This document shows positions 1 through 11,711 of a stretch of 64,000 nt of DNA, piece by piece. Made by a program: the position numbers and the translations under genes. The notes beneath the pieces were generated by a model that was not told the DNA's origin, searched no databases, and saw nothing but the letters and a program-made list of their open reading frames with translations. Origin of the DNA: Arcobacteraceae bacterium (GTDB taxonomy: Bacteria; Campylobacterota; Campylobacteria; Campylobacterales; Arcobacteraceae); the NCBI GenBank assembly GCA_963662945.1, contig OY759974.1, forward strand, positions 1,568,001 to 1,632,000. Reading direction: 5' to 3'. Every line of letters begins with the position of its first letter. Within the stretch, counting starts at the first letter, position 1.

Positions 1-45
1 GTTTTATTATACAATTTCATATCTTAAAAATCGGAAAAATCAATA

Positions 46-1008
46 ATGGGAAAAATAATTACAATATTTTTTATAACTTTTAGTTTTACATTTGCTACAT
101 CTATAGATATAGTTGAATTGTATAGAACACAAGGAATAAAGTCTGTTGAACAAGCTATCGAAAAGCAGTTACAAAACAAAGAATATTGGGATGAAAATCT
201 TAAATATAAAGATACAACAAATGGATATTATGAATCAATTCGTTATGTTGTAATATGTCAAAAAGAGTTAAAAGATATAGTTTTATATGATACTCAAAAA
301 AAAGAGAATTTATTCTCTTCAAGTGTATTTGTGGGAAAAGTAGATGGGGATAAAAAAGTTGAAGGTGATTTAAAAACTCCAATTGGTGCCTATGATTTAA
401 CACAAAGACTTACTTCAGTAGATCCATTTTATGGACCATTGGCATTAACAACAAATTATCCAAATCTTTATGATAAAGTTAATGGAAAAACAGGTCACGG
501 TATTTGGATACATGGACTTCCTCAAAATGAAGAAAGAGATGATTTTACACAAGGTTGTATTGCCCTAGATAATACAAAAATACAAAAATTAGATAACTCA
601 ATAAATATAGAAAATTCTGTTTTGGTGATTAGTGAAAATAAATTACAAGAAGTTTCAAAAGAGGATATAAGTATTATACTATCAAGTGTTTTTCAATGGA
701 GAGATGCTTGGAAATACAGTAATGTAGAAAAATACTTGTCGTTTTATGCAGAAGATTTTAGAAGAACGAATGGGCAAGATTTAGAAAAATTTACAATTTT
801 CAAAAAAAGAATATTTAGTAAAAAAGAAGACAAAAAAATTATATTTTCAAATATTAATGTGATTCCATATCCAAATGATCAAAATAAAAAAATATTTAAA
901 GTAACAATGAATGAATTTTATCAAACAGCTACATACAAGTTTGATGGTAAAAAAGAGTTATATGTAGAGATTAAAAATGGTGAATTTAAAATTTTGACAG
1001 AGAGCTAA
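46..1008 (+). CDS. L,D-transpeptidase/carboxypeptidase (YkuD domain plus C-terminal NTF2-like domain), Csd6/Pgp2-like
   Basis: Signal peptide; GDLKTPIG and GIWIHG...TQGCIAL YkuD motifs; C-terminal W..AW...YLSFY NTF2-like segment. Confidence 0.85.
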   Translation: MGKIITIFFITFSFTFATSIDIVELYRTQGIKSVEQAIEKQLQNKEYWDENLKYKDTTNGYYESIRYVVICQKELKDIVLYDTQKKENLFSSSVFVGKVDGDKKVEGDLKTPIGAYDLTQRLTSVDPFYGPLALTTNYPNLYDKVNGKTGHGIWIHGLPQNEERDDFTQGCIALDNTKIQKLDNSINIENSVLVISENKLQEVSKEDISIILSSVFQWRDAWKYSNVEKYLSFYAEDFRRTNGQDLEKFTIFKKRIFSKKEDKKIIFSNINVIPYPNDQNKKIFKVTMNEFYQTATYKFDGKKELYVEIKNGEFKILTES

Positions 1009-1086
1009 TAAAATACCTTAAACTTTTATACAAGAAAATTACAGTACAATCCCGATAATTTAGAAGAACACAATAGAGGATTTGAT

Positions 1087-2016
1087 ATGTTAGATTTAGC
1101 TATTATTGGTGGTGGACCTGCTGGTTTGACTGCTGGGCTTTATGCCACAAGAGGTGGTTTGAAAAATGTTACTATGTTTGAAAAAGGGCTACCAGGTGGT
1201 CAAATAACACAAAGTAGTGAGATAGAAAATTATCCAGGACAATTAGATGTAGTAACAGGTATGGAGCTTATGGATAAATGGCCAAGTCAATGTCAAAAAT
1301 TCGGTTTAAAACATGATATGAGTGAAGTAAAAAAAGTTACAAAAAATGGGGATATTTTTACTTTAACTTTAGGAAACGGTGATACAAAAGAAGCAAAAAC
1401 AGTTTTAATAGCAACAGGAAGTGTTCCAAAATCAGCAGGTATCAAAGGTGAAGCAGAGTTTTTTGGAAAAGGTGTGAGTACTTGTGCAACTTGTGATGGT
1501 TTCTTCTATAAAGGGAAAGATGTAGCTGTTTTAGGCGGAGGAGACACTGCTGTTGAAGAGGCAATATTTTTAGCTAATATTTGTAAAACAGTGTATATAA
1601 TTCATAGACGAGATGAGTTTAGAGCAAGTCCACATGAAGTTGAAAAAATGAAAAAATTTGATAATATTATTCAAGTTCTAAATCACACAACAGAAGAGAT
1701 AGTTGGTGATAAAATGGGTGTTACAGGAATTATTGTAAAAGATAAAAATAGTTCTGAAGTTAAAACACTTGATGTTCATGGTGTATTTGTATTTGTTGGA
1801 AGAAATGTTTTAAATCAAACATTAATTCAAGAAGATGGTAGTTTTTTATGTGATGTAAATGAAGCTGGAGAAGTTATTGTAAATTTAAAAATGGAAACTT
1901 CTGTTCCAGGACTTTTTGCAGCAGGTGATATTAGAATTGATGCTCCAAAACAAGTAGTTTGTGCAGCTGGAGACGGAGCAGTTGCAGGTATTGGTGCAAT
2001 TGGATATTTGCAATAA
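1087..2016 (+). CDS. trxB: Thioredoxin-disulfide reductase
   Basis: GGGPAG FAD motif, CATCDG active site, GGGDTA NADPH motif. Confidence 0.96.
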   Translation: MLDLAIIGGGPAGLTAGLYATRGGLKNVTMFEKGLPGGQITQSSEIENYPGQLDVVTGMELMDKWPSQCQKFGLKHDMSEVKKVTKNGDIFTLTLGNGDTKEAKTVLIATGSVPKSAGIKGEAEFFGKGVSTCATCDGFFYKGKDVAVLGGGDTAVEEAIFLANICKTVYIIHRRDEFRASPHEVEKMKKFDNIIQVLNHTTEEIVGDKMGVTGIIVKDKNSSEVKTLDVHGVFVFVGRNVLNQTLIQEDGSFLCDVNEAGEVIVNLKMETSVPGLFAAGDIRIDAPKQVVCAAGDGAVAGIGAIGYLQ

Positions 2017-2032
2017 TTAAAGAGGAAAAATA

Positions 2033-2806
2033 ATGTTAAAAGTAGGAATTTTAGGAAGTACAGGTAGAGTTGGTTCTTTATTGATAGATGATTTAGAAAA
2101 TGATGCAAATGCATGTGTTGGAAGTGTGCATGTATTTGATGAGTTGAAAAAAACTTTGCCAAAAGATACCGTTGTAACAAATGATATGAAAGCTATGCTT
2201 GAAGCTTGTGATGTTGCAATAGATTTTTCAGCTCCAAGTGCTACAGAGGAACTTTTAAATACAGTTATTCAAATTGGTGGGAATAAGCCTCTAGTTATAG
2301 CAACTACAGGTTTTAATGAACATCAAAAAAACCTTTTAATAGAAGCTTCAAAAGTTACACCTATTCTATATGCTACAAATATGAGTTTAGGTGTTGCTGT
2401 TTTAAATAAACTTGTTGCACTTGCTTCTAAAACTTTAGAAGATTTTGATTGTGAAATAGTTGAACAACATCATAGGTATAAAGTAGATTCTCCAAGTGGT
2501 ACAGCACTAACTTTAGCAGAACATGCGGCTGAAGCTAGAGGATTAGATTTAGATGCTGTAAGAGTTTCTGGAAGAGATGGTGTAATAGGCGCTAGAACAA
2601 AAGATGAAATCGGGGTCATGAGTTTAAGAGGTGGAGATATTGTTGGTCGACATACAGCTGGATTTTATAATGATGGTGAATTTATCGAGTTAAATCATAC
2701 TGCAACAGCAAGAAACACTTTTAGTAAAGGTGCAATTAGAGCAGCTAAATGGTTAATAAATCAAGAAAAAGGACTATACAGTATTAATGACTGTTTAGGA
2801 TTATAG
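2033..2806 (+). CDS. dapB: 4-hydroxy-tetrahydrodipicolinate reductase
   Basis: E.HHRYKVDSPSGTAL signature. Confidence 0.97.
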   Translation: MLKVGILGSTGRVGSLLIDDLENDANACVGSVHVFDELKKTLPKDTVVTNDMKAMLEACDVAIDFSAPSATEELLNTVIQIGGNKPLVIATTGFNEHQKNLLIEASKVTPILYATNMSLGVAVLNKLVALASKTLEDFDCEIVEQHHRYKVDSPSGTALTLAEHAAEARGLDLDAVRVSGRDGVIGARTKDEIGVMSLRGGDIVGRHTAGFYNDGEFIELNHTATARNTFSKGAIRAAKWLINQEKGLYSINDCLGL

Positions 2807-2815
2807 GAAAATAAT

Positions 2816-4171
2816 ATGTGTGCTATAGTTGGAATATACGGAAATGATAACGCAGCTAAATTAGCTTCAGCAGCTCTTTTTGCAATGCAACATAGAGGGC
2901 ATGAAGCAACTGGAATTAGCAGTGGTGGATATAGTGATAAAAAAATCTACACTATCAAAAAAAGAGGTTATGTTAGAGATGTATATGATGCAGAAGCTTT
3001 TGAAGTTTTAAAAGGTGATATGGCTATAGGTCATAATCGATATTCAACAGCTGGTAGTGACAGTGTATTTGATGCACAACCAATTCATGCTAGATATAAA
3101 TTAGGTGAAATCTCTATAGTACACAATGGTAACCTTGTAAATAAACAAGAAGTAAGGCAAAGACTTATTGATGAAGGTTCTATTTTTCAAACAGGTATGG
3201 ATACAGAAAATCTTATTCATCTTATTGCTAAATCAACAAGGGATAGATTAAGAGACAGAATTACAGATGCATTAGAACATGTAAAAGGTGCATACAATTT
3301 TATTATTCAAAGTAGAAGTAAACTTTTTGTTATAAGAGATAAACATGGGATTCGACCATTGAGTTTAGGAAAACTTAAAAGTGGTGGTTGGATTGTTGCT
3401 AGTGAAACTTGTGCATTTGATTTAGTTGATGCTGAGTTTGTTAGAGATGTAAAACCAGGAGAGATGTTGATATTCTCTGAAGGTTATAAAGCTCCTGAGT
3501 CTATTCAATTGTTCACAGGTTTTGAATTTAGACCTTGTGCCTTTGAATATATCTATTTTGCAAGACCAGATAGTGTTATTGATGGAAAAAGTGTATATAG
3601 AACACGAGAAAATATGGGTAAAGAATTAGCTAAAAATGATTCAAATAGTCCAATAAAAGCTGATATGGTAATCCCAGTACCTGATAGTGGTGTACCTGCA
3701 GCACTTGGATATGCACAACAAAGTAGATTGCCTTTTGAACTTGGAATTATAAGAAATCATTATGTTGGAAGAACTTTTATTGAGCCAACACAAGAGATGA
3801 GAAATTTAAAAGTAAAAATGAAATTAAATCCAATGAAGGCTTTAATTCAAGGAAAATCTTTAATAGTTATTGATGATTCTATTGTAAGAGGTACTACAAG
3901 TAAAAGAATAGTACAAATGTTAAAAGAAGCAGGGGCAGCCGAAGTACATTTTAGAGTTGCAAGTCCAATGATTCAACATCCTTGTTTTTACGGAATAGAT
4001 ACACCTACAAAAGAGGAACTTATTAACGCTGTAATGTCAAAAGATGAAGTTTGTAAATATATAGGTGCAGATTCATTAGAATATCTTACAATTGATAATT
4101 TAAAAGATTCATTAGGAAGAGATAGAAATTATTCATTAGTAAGTTTTGATGGCGATTATTTCGTAGTTTAA
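2816..4171 (+). CDS. purF: Amidophosphoribosyltransferase
   Basis: N-terminal Cys nucleophile, QHRG, GHNRYST, IDDSIVRGTT PRT motif. Confidence 0.97.
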   Translation: MCAIVGIYGNDNAAKLASAALFAMQHRGHEATGISSGGYSDKKIYTIKKRGYVRDVYDAEAFEVLKGDMAIGHNRYSTAGSDSVFDAQPIHARYKLGEISIVHNGNLVNKQEVRQRLIDEGSIFQTGMDTENLIHLIAKSTRDRLRDRITDALEHVKGAYNFIIQSRSKLFVIRDKHGIRPLSLGKLKSGGWIVASETCAFDLVDAEFVRDVKPGEMLIFSEGYKAPESIQLFTGFEFRPCAFEYIYFARPDSVIDGKSVYRTRENMGKELAKNDSNSPIKADMVIPVPDSGVPAALGYAQQSRLPFELGIIRNHYVGRTFIEPTQEMRNLKVKMKLNPMKALIQGKSLIVIDDSIVRGTTSKRIVQMLKEAGAAEVHFRVASPMIQHPCFYGIDTPTKEELINAVMSKDEVCKYIGADSLEYLTIDNLKDSLGRDRNYSLVSFDGDYFVV

Positions 4172-4194
4172 AATTAGGAAATATAAGTAAAGTT

Positions 4195-5145
4195 TTGAAA
4201 CATTTAAACACAATTGGTCGATACTGGCGAAAAAAGTATTCACAAAAGGTTTATAAAGTACCTATTAGTATATCTGGATTTACTTGTCCAAATATAGATG
4301 GTACAGTAGCAAAAGGTGGTTGTACCTTTTGTGAAAATGAATCTTTCTCCCCAAATTTGGTTGACAAATCAAAATTTAAATTAAATTTGCAGTCAAAAGA
4401 AAATCCATATTTAGAAAAACAGCTTTTACAACTTCAAATGCAGTTTGATGCTACAAAAGAAAGATTAGAAAATAAATATGATGCTAAAAAGTTTATAGTA
4501 TATTTCCAATCGTTTACAAATACATATGCACCGTTAGATACTTTAAAAGCTCTTTACGAGAAGGCTTTAAGCTTTGAAAATGTAGTTGGACTAAGTATAG
4601 GAACAAGAACAGATAGTATTACTGAAGAAACTTTAGATTATCTCCAGAAATTATCACAACATAATGAAATTTGGGTAGAGTATGGGATACAATCAATTTA
4701 TGATGAAACCTTAGAAAAAATAAATAGAGGACACACTTTTGCCAATATCAAAGAGTGGATTATAAAAACAAAAGAGAGAAATCTGAATGTTTGTGGTCAT
4801 ATGATATTTGGATTGCCTAATGAAACACAAGAGATGATGCTTAAAGGTGTAGAAGAATCTATAAAGTTAGGTATTGATTCTATTAAATTCCATCCACTTT
4901 ATGTGACTAAAAATACACTTCTAGCAAATGAGTATAAATTAGGTGAATTTACCCCTATAAGCGAAAAACTTTATATTGACACACTAGTAAAATCGATAAA
5001 AATGTTACCAGAACATATTTCAGTCTCAAGAGTAACTGCTGGGATTAGTGATAGTAGTTTACTTGACCCTTCTTGGTGTAATAATAAACATGCACAAATA
5101 TACAAAATAAAACAAGCTTTGTTAAAAGAAGGATTAATATACTAA
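4195..5145 (+). CDS. TIGR01212/YhcC-family radical SAM protein
   Basis: FTCPNIDG...GGCTFC and YFQSFTNTY motifs. Confidence 0.9.
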   Translation: MKHLNTIGRYWRKKYSQKVYKVPISISGFTCPNIDGTVAKGGCTFCENESFSPNLVDKSKFKLNLQSKENPYLEKQLLQLQMQFDATKERLENKYDAKKFIVYFQSFTNTYAPLDTLKALYEKALSFENVVGLSIGTRTDSITEETLDYLQKLSQHNEIWVEYGIQSIYDETLEKINRGHTFANIKEWIIKTKERNLNVCGHMIFGLPNETQEMMLKGVEESIKLGIDSIKFHPLYVTKNTLLANEYKLGEFTPISEKLYIDTLVKSIKMLPEHISVSRVTAGISDSSLLDPSWCNNKHAQIYKIKQALLKEGLIY

Positions 5146-5795
5146 TGGAAAAATCTTTACGATATGCAAGATGTGAAAAATTATTTGGTGATGATTTTAC
5201 CAAATTGCAAAATGCAAAAGTTATTATTTTAGGAGTTGGTGGAGTTGGTGGATTTGCCTTAGATTGTCTATATAGAACAGGTATAACAAATATCACAATT
5301 GTAGATTATGATACTTTTGATGAAACAAATCAAAATAGACAAATTGGAAGTGATGCAGTTGGAAGTGTTAAAGTTGAACATTTAAAAACTTTATATCCAA
5401 ATGTTGAAGCAATAAATCAAAAAATAGATTTAGAATGGATAGAAAATTTTGATTTTGATAAATATGATTTAATTCTTGATGCAATTGATGATATTAAACC
5501 AAAAGTAGAGCTTATTAAGAGGTATTATAAAAAACTTATTTCTACAACAGGAAGTGCTAAAAGACTTGATCCAACAAAAATAGAATATGTGAATATTTTT
5601 AAGACTTTCAATGATCCATTCGCTAAAAAAATTAGAGATGAACTTAAAAAAGCTAAGTTCGATAAAAACTTTAAAGTTGTCTTTAGTAGTGAAAATCCAA
5701 ATTGTAAAGATTTAGGAAGTTTTGTGGGAGTTACAGGTTCTTTTGGACTTACAATGTGTAGTATAACAATTAAAAAACTATTAAGTGAAATATAG
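5145..5795 (+). CDS. tcdA: tRNA threonylcarbamoyladenosine dehydratase (ThiF family)
   Basis: GVGGVG, TNQNRQ, DAID, DPFAKKIR, VVFSSE motifs. Confidence 0.85.
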   Translation: MEKSLRYARCEKLFGDDFTKLQNAKVIILGVGGVGGFALDCLYRTGITNITIVDYDTFDETNQNRQIGSDAVGSVKVEHLKTLYPNVEAINQKIDLEWIENFDFDKYDLILDAIDDIKPKVELIKRYYKKLISTTGSAKRLDPTKIEYVNIFKTFNDPFAKKIRDELKKAKFDKNFKVVFSSENPNCKDLGSFVGVTGSFGLTMCSITIKKLLSEI

Positions 5796-5840
5796 ATAGA
5801 ATTTAAGAAATTTATGATATTAAATTAAAAAGGAATTTAC

Positions 5841-6755
5841 ATGAGCGGAATTAGTAATAGTGTAGAGCAATTAACACAAGCTCATCTTCGAAATGTTCAG
5901 CAATTAGCTGTATTTCGAACAGGAAATAATGATATTTATGCTATTAATATAGCGAAAATTAAAGCTTTTATAATTACTGAAGAGGTAGATGTAACAGATA
6001 CACCAAAAGAAACAGATGTAATCGAAGGTATTGCTACAATTAGAGGGGAACCAGTTACTTTAGTAAACCTTGACAGATGGCTTGGTTATTCAAAATTACC
6101 GCTTAAAGATTATAAACTTATTATATTTTGTGAATTCAATCATAAACAAGTAGGGTTTTTAGTAAAAGATATGGTTAATATTGTTGAGAAAACAACTGCT
6201 GAATTAAAAAACTCAGAAGACCAAAATTCTAAAGTAACTTATACAACTTATGTAGAAGTTGAAGGAAAAGAAAGACTTTGTACAGTATTTAATGCGGAGC
6301 AACTTTTAAGTGATATTGGTTGGACAGATATCAATGCTAGTGACTTAGATAGATATATAACAAAACCTGTAAAAGCGGATAAAAAAATCTTAGTTGCAGA
6401 AGATAGTGCAGTTGCAAGAGAAGTAATCAATCAATTTTTACGAAAAGCAAGAGCAAATTATGATATCTTACATAATGGTGGAGATCTTTTAGCCGCGGTT
6501 AGAAGTATGGATCCAAAAGATATTGGATTAATAATTACAGATATTGAAATGCCAGGAACTGATGGATATCAAGTAGCACAAGCTATAAAAGATAATTCAG
6601 CTTTAAGTCATGTTCCAGTTGTAGTAAATTCAAGTATGACAACAGAAGCAGTAAAAGGTAAAATGGAAAGAATAGGTATCGATGCTTTTGTTGGAAAAAC
6701 AGATATTCCAGCTTTATATGATGTAGTAGTTAAATACCTGGGGTATGCACAATAA
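5841..6755 (+). CDS. cheV: Chemotaxis coupling protein CheV (CheW plus receiver domain)
   Basis: N-terminal CheW domain (YAINIAKI, IRGE) and receiver domain (AEDS, ITDIEMP). Confidence 0.93.
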   Translation: MSGISNSVEQLTQAHLRNVQQLAVFRTGNNDIYAINIAKIKAFIITEEVDVTDTPKETDVIEGIATIRGEPVTLVNLDRWLGYSKLPLKDYKLIIFCEFNHKQVGFLVKDMVNIVEKTTAELKNSEDQNSKVTYTTYVEVEGKERLCTVFNAEQLLSDIGWTDINASDLDRYITKPVKADKKILVAEDSAVAREVINQFLRKARANYDILHNGGDLLAAVRSMDPKDIGLIITDIEMPGTDGYQVAQAIKDNSALSHVPVVVNSSMTTEAVKGKMERIGIDAFVGKTDIPALYDVVVKYLGYAQ

Positions 6756-8283
6756 AATCATTTTTAGTATATAAAACAATTTGAATTTTTGATTTATATA
6801 TACTTAGGTGGCCAGAAGTTATGGTAATATTTGTACCATCTTCTGGCCTTTTTAATTCTTTGTGAAAATAGAGTTTTATTTTTTCTTCCTTTAATCCTTT
6901 TTGAAAATAAAGGAAACCTTTTTTATAAGTTCCAGTAAGATTAGTAATAATATTATTGAGATTTGTTTCTTCATTAAAATTTACATTTGTGGCATTTAAA
7001 TAATAGTTAGAATAGTTATTGATATATTTTATTTTTTGAATGTTTGATACTTTTTTAATCTCTTTTAAACCATTATATAAGTCTATACTATCTACAGTTA
7101 TGTTGTAACTAAAACCTAGTTTTATGTTTTCAGGAGGATTAAAAATCATAATTGCTCTATCATTTTCTTTTTTTATAATTGCTATATTTTTAGATTTGTA
7201 AATCACAATTACATTTTGAAGTTGATAGTTAGAAATTGTCTGTATATCATAAAGATGTTGTATGGTATTTATCTTAGGAGATTTATTGTGTAGGATAAAA
7301 TTTTGTTTATCCGTAGAAAAGATTGCATATATTGGGAGATGATCAGAGTAACCAATGTGTTTAAAGTTATTCCATCGCATAATTTTTTTATTATTGATGA
7401 GGTAATCTTTTTTGAATACATTAAAACTATTTTGCACATAAGAGATACCCTTTTGATCAAATAATCCTTTAGAGATGATAATATTATCAGGAGTATTTTT
7501 TTCTCCTTTGAAAAGTGTACTAAATTTTTCATCATTTAATTCTAGCCATAAATTGTAGTGTATTTTTTTATCTAAAGAAAGCATATCTTCAATACGAATA
7601 AAGTTTTCTCCTTCTGTTGTATTAAGAATTTGATTTATCCCTGTTATTCCAAAACTATCATTGAGTTTTTTATCATATTTAAAAGTTTGAAACTCATTAT
7701 AATTGGAATTTAAATCACCTAAAATAATATAATCTTCACTTTTACTCAAAGTATCAATCTCATTTTTTAAAGCCATTGCATAAACAATTCTTTTACTTTC
7801 TGGAGCTTTCTTTGAACGCCAATGATTAACATATAAGATTAAATTTTTATTCTCTATAGATATAGTTGCTTTTAAGATATATCGTGCATATTTATCATAA
7901 TTATCCACTTCTATTGTTTTTATATCAATAATAGGATGGATACTTAAAAGTCCTACTCCTACAGAAGAAGTTGTTTTTTTTACAAACGTGTGATATTTAT
8001 ATTGAGGTACTTGTTGTAATAAATAGTTAAGTGCCTCTTGAGATTCTATTTCCTGCAAGGCAATAATCTCTGCATTGAGATCATTGAGGACTTTTGTAAT
8101 ATTTCTTATTTTATTTTGAAAAGATTTTTTATTCCAAGTTTTTGTATTAGGTTTATATTCGTTATATTCAGTCCCATCATATTTTAAATCAAAAAGATTC
8201 TCTACATTATATGATGCAACTTTGAAGTCACGGGCATCAAGATAAAATGAAAATACAAATATAAAAATATATAAGATTTTCAT
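6730..8283 (-). CDS. Secreted endonuclease/exonuclease/phosphatase-family nuclease with C-terminal extension
   Basis: Signal peptide; SYNVENLFD, ALQE, NHW, GDLN and SDHLP motifs. Confidence 0.85.
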   Translation of the reverse strand: MKILYIFIFVFSFYLDARDFKVASYNVENLFDLKYDGTEYNEYKPNTKTWNKKSFQNKIRNITKVLNDLNAEIIALQEIESQEALNYLLQQVPQYKYHTFVKKTTSSVGVGLLSIHPIIDIKTIEVDNYDKYARYILKATISIENKNLILYVNHWRSKKAPESKRIVYAMALKNEIDTLSKSEDYIILGDLNSNYNEFQTFKYDKKLNDSFGITGINQILNTTEGENFIRIEDMLSLDKKIHYNLWLELNDEKFSTLFKGEKNTPDNIIISKGLFDQKGISYVQNSFNVFKKDYLINNKKIMRWNNFKHIGYSDHLPIYAIFSTDKQNFILHNKSPKINTIQHLYDIQTISNYQLQNVIVIYKSKNIAIIKKENDRAIMIFNPPENIKLGFSYNITVDSIDLYNGLKEIKKVSNIQKIKYINNYSNYYLNATNVNFNEETNLNNIITNLTGTYKKGFLYFQKGLKEEKIKLYFHKELKRPEDGTNITITSGHLSIYKSKIQIVLYTKNDFIVHTPGI

Positions 8284-8296
8284 TTTATTAAAGTTT

Positions 8297-10852
8297 TTAG
8301 ATATTGCTTTTTAAGTATTCTAAAGCTTTCTCTTTAGCTTCTTGTATCTTTGATGGATCTTTTCCACCTGCTTGTGCGAAGTCTGGTCTTCCACCACCTC
8401 CACCACCAACGATTGGAGCAATTGTTTTTATCCAATCACCAGCTTTAATTGAGGCATTTTTAACACCAGCAACTAATAATACTTTTCCATCTTTTTCTTG
8501 AAGTAATAAAGTAGCAACTTTTTCATTACCATTTTTCATATCATCAACAAGTTTTTTTAAATCACCTTGCGGAACAATGTCAACAACAACTTTTACTCCA
8601 TTGATTTCTAATTCATTTAATGGTGTTGCAACATTTTCATGAACTGCTTTAATTTCATTTTTAAGTTGTTTAATTTGCTCTTTTAGTTTTGTAATACCTT
8701 GAATAATATCTTTGTTTTTTACTTCATTTTCAACTTCAGAGATTTTTTTCAAAGCTTCTTTTGCATAGTTTATAGCAGCTAGTCCAACAACAGCTTCAAT
8801 CCTTCTTACTCCAGCGCTTACGCCACTTTCTTTTACAATATAAAAGCTTCCTATATCTGCTGTGTTTTGAACATGTGTTCCCCCACAAAATTCAACACTT
8901 ACATCACCAAATTCAACAACTCTTACCATATCACCATATTTTTCACCAAACATAGCGATGGCACCTTTATTTTTAGCTTCTTCGATAGGTAATTCTTCAA
9001 CACTTCCAGCTAATCCTCTTGCAATCATAGAGTTTACTAAATCTTCAACTTCATCTAATTGCTCTTGTGTCATTGCTTTTGCGTAAGTAAAGTCAAATCG
9101 TAGTCTTTTATCATCATTTAAACTACCTGCTTGAGATACTGTATCTCCAAGAACCATTTTTAAAGCACTTTGAAGTAAATGTGTTGCACTGTGATGTTTA
9201 GCAACTTCCCCTCTATTTACAACAACCGCTGATACAGTTTCTCCCACTTTTAAAGAAGAACTCTCAACTTTTACTTTAGAGATATTAAGTCCATGAAGTT
9301 TTTTAGTTTCACTGATAATTGCAATATGTTGATCATTTTCTAAAGCACCAACATCACCTTCTTGCCCACCACTTGTAGCATAAAATGGTGTTTTGTCTAA
9401 TACTACCCAACCAGTTTGTTTTTCTGTTAAAGTCTCCACTTGCTTAAAGTCTTCACTTAAAAGTGCTACGATAGTACTAGTTGAACGGATATGGTCATAA
9501 CCTATAAATGTATTGATGCCAATTTTGTCTAGTAACTCTTTGAAGTCTCCTTCATTAAGTTCATCACCACTCCCTTTCCATGCAGCTTTTGCTTTTGTTT
9601 TTTGCTCATCCATACAAGCTTCAAAAGTGTCGATATCTACTTTTAAACCTTTGTCTTTGAGCATATCTTCTGTTAAGTCAAGTGGAAAGCCATGTGTATC
9701 ATAAAGTGTAAATGCAACTGCACCACTAAAAATTTCTTTTGTATTTTCTAATTCAGCATTAAAAAGTTCCATTCCACTGGTAATTGTTTTGAAAAATCTT
9801 TCTTCTTCTAATTGAATTTGTTCTTTAATATATAGTTTTTTTTCTATTAAATCAGGATAAGCTTCTCCCATCATATTACAAAGAGTATCTATAAGTTTAC
9901 CCATAAAAGCTTCTCTAAATCCAAGAAGATATCCATGTCTTACAGCCCGTCTTAAAATTCTTCTTAAAACATATCCTCTACCAACTTTATCAAAAAGTAT
10001 CCCTTGTGAAAGCATAAACGCAACAGTTCTAACATGATCAGCAATAACTCTAAAACTACCTATATTTTCATTTGTACATTCAGTAGGACTTAGAGATTTT
10101 AATTGTTCAATAAGTGGAGCAAAAGCACTACTATCAAAGTTATTAAATACACCTTCTTTAATGGCAATAACTCTTTCAAGTCCCATCCCTGTATCAATAG
10201 ATGGTTTTGGAAGAGGAGTCAATGTTCCATCAGCACTTCTATCGTATTGCATAAATACAAGATTCCAGATTTCTAAAAACCTATCACCATCTCCACCCAT
10301 TTTATCTTCAGGGCTATTAAATTTCTCTGCACCTTGATCATAAAAAATTTCACTACAAGGACCACATGCACCTGTATCACCCATAGACCAGAAGTTGTCT
10401 TTATCTCCAAATCTCATGATTCTATCTTGTGCTATATGTTTTGTCCAAAGTTCAAATGCTTCATCGTCATTGTCATGAACTGTTACCCAAAGTTTTTCAA
10501 CTGGAAGTTCAAGATTTTTAGTGATAAATTCCCATGCATGTGCTATAGCATCCTCTTTAAAATAATCACCAAAACTAAAGTTACCCAACATCTCAAAAAG
10601 AGTATGATGCCGTGCTGTATATCCTACATTTTCCAAGTCATTATGTTTTCCCCCAGCTCTTACACAAAGTTGACAACTTGTTGCCCTTGGTATTTGTGGA
10701 GTTGGGATTGCACCTGTAAATATATCCTTAAATTGAACCATTCCTGCATTTGTAAATAATAATGTTGCATCATCTGGAACAAGGGGTGCACTTGGTATAA
10801 TTTCATGCCCTTTTGAGGCAAAAAAATCTAAAAACTCTTTTCTTATATTCAT
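8297..10852 (-). CDS. alaS: Alanine--tRNA ligase
   Basis: [22 protein letters not shown] editing motif, CGGTH, GGGGGRP C-terminal domain. Confidence 0.99.
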   Translation of the reverse strand: MNIRKEFLDFFASKGHEIIPSAPLVPDDATLLFTNAGMVQFKDIFTGAIPTPQIPRATSCQLCVRAGGKHNDLENVGYTARHHTLFEMLGNFSFGDYFKEDAIAHAWEFITKNLELPVEKLWVTVHDNDDEAFELWTKHIAQDRIMRFGDKDNFWSMGDTGACGPCSEIFYDQGAEKFNSPEDKMGGDGDRFLEIWNLVFMQYDRSADGTLTPLPKPSIDTGMGLERVIAIKEGVFNNFDSSAFAPLIEQLKSLSPTECTNENIGSFRVIADHVRTVAFMLSQGILFDKVGRGYVLRRILRRAVRHGYLLGFREAFMGKLIDTLCNMMGEAYPDLIEKKLYIKEQIQLEEERFFKTITSGMELFNAELENTKEIFSGAVAFTLYDTHGFPLDLTEDMLKDKGLKVDIDTFEACMDEQKTKAKAAWKGSGDELNEGDFKELLDKIGINTFIGYDHIRSTSTIVALLSEDFKQVETLTEKQTGWVVLDKTPFYATSGGQEGDVGALENDQHIAIISETKKLHGLNISKVKVESSSLKVGETVSAVVVNRGEVAKHHSATHLLQSALKMVLGDTVSQAGSLNDDKRLRFDFTYAKAMTQEQLDEVEDLVNSMIARGLAGSVEELPIEEAKNKGAIAMFGEKYGDMVRVVEFGDVSVEFCGGTHVQNTADIGSFYIVKESGVSAGVRRIEAVVGLAAINYAKEALKKISEVENEVKNKDIIQGITKLKEQIKQLKNEIKAVHENVATPLNELEINGVKVVVDIVPQGDLKKLVDDMKNGNEKVATLLLQEKDGKVLLVAGVKNASIKAGDWIKTIAPIVGGGGGGRPDFAQAGGKDPSKIQEAKEKALEYLKSNI

Positions 10853-10981
10853 TCTATTTTATCCGTTTTTTTATTTGAACAAATATTTTACCCAAAATAT
10901 CATTTATAGTTTGTTATAAAAAGTTTATTTAAAGAAAAAGATTGTACAATTTTCCAATAAAACAATACAAAGGAATAATAA

Positions 10982-11299
10982 ATGGGTAAATATATTGAAT
11001 TAACAAACGACAACTTTGAAGCAACAACATCAACAGGTGTTGCACTAGTAGATTTCTGGGCTCCATGGTGTGGACCTTGTAGAATGATATCTCCTGTTAT
11101 TGAAGAATTAGCAGAAGAATTTGAAGGTAAAGCTGCAATTTGTAAAGTAAATACAGATGAGCAACAAGAGCTAAGTACAAAATTTGGTGTTAGATCAATC
11201 CCTACAATAGTATTCATGAAAGATGGTGAAGTTGTTGATACTATGGTTGGTGCAGCTTCAAAACAAGCATTCACTGACAAATTAAATAGTTTATTATAA
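10982..11299 (+). CDS. trxA: Thioredoxin
   Basis: WAPWCGPC; AAGGA Shine-Dalgarno. Confidence 0.98.
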   Translation: MGKYIELTNDNFEATTSTGVALVDFWAPWCGPCRMISPVIEELAEEFEGKAAICKVNTDEQQELSTKFGVRSIPTIVFMKDGEVVDTMVGAASKQAFTDKLNSLL

Positions 11300-11317
11300 T
11301 TTTATAATTTTTCAAAC

Positions 11318-11359
11318 AAAAAAGGGATTTTAGAGTATAACTCTAAAGTCCCTTTTTTT
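11318..11359 (+). terminator. Intrinsic terminator after trxA
   Basis: Stem AAAAAAGGGATTTTAGAGT / ACTCTAAAGTCCCTTTTTTT followed by T tract. Confidence 0.85.
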
Positions 11360-11381
11360 ATAACTTTTATAAAGGATATTT

Positions 11382-11702
11382 ATGTTTACAATGGGTGCAA
11401 AACTTGAAGGTGATAGTTGGGAGACAAGTAGATTAAAAGATCCTAAAAAACTCACTGAAAAAATAGAAAAAAATCAACATCAACTTGTGTTTACGTTTGA
11501 AAAAAGAAAAGGAAAACCTGTAACCCTCGTAGGTAGATTTTTTATGAGTGATAAAGAGAAAAAAGAGATTTTAAAACTTCTCAAAACAAAACTGGGATCT
11601 GGTGGAACTATCAAAGATGAATGGATAGAGATACAAGGTGATAAAAAAGAGAAAATCATAGAAGTACTTGAAGCTGATGGTTGGAAATTTAGAAAAAAAT
11701 AA
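11382..11702 (+). CDS. SUI1/YciH-family translation initiation factor
   Basis: KRKGKPVT, LKTKLGSGG, IEIQGD motifs. Confidence 0.9.
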   Translation: MFTMGAKLEGDSWETSRLKDPKKLTEKIEKNQHQLVFTFEKRKGKPVTLVGRFFMSDKEKKEILKLLKTKLGSGGTIKDEWIEIQGDKKEKIIEVLEADGWKFRKK

Positions 11703-11711
11703 GGATTTGTT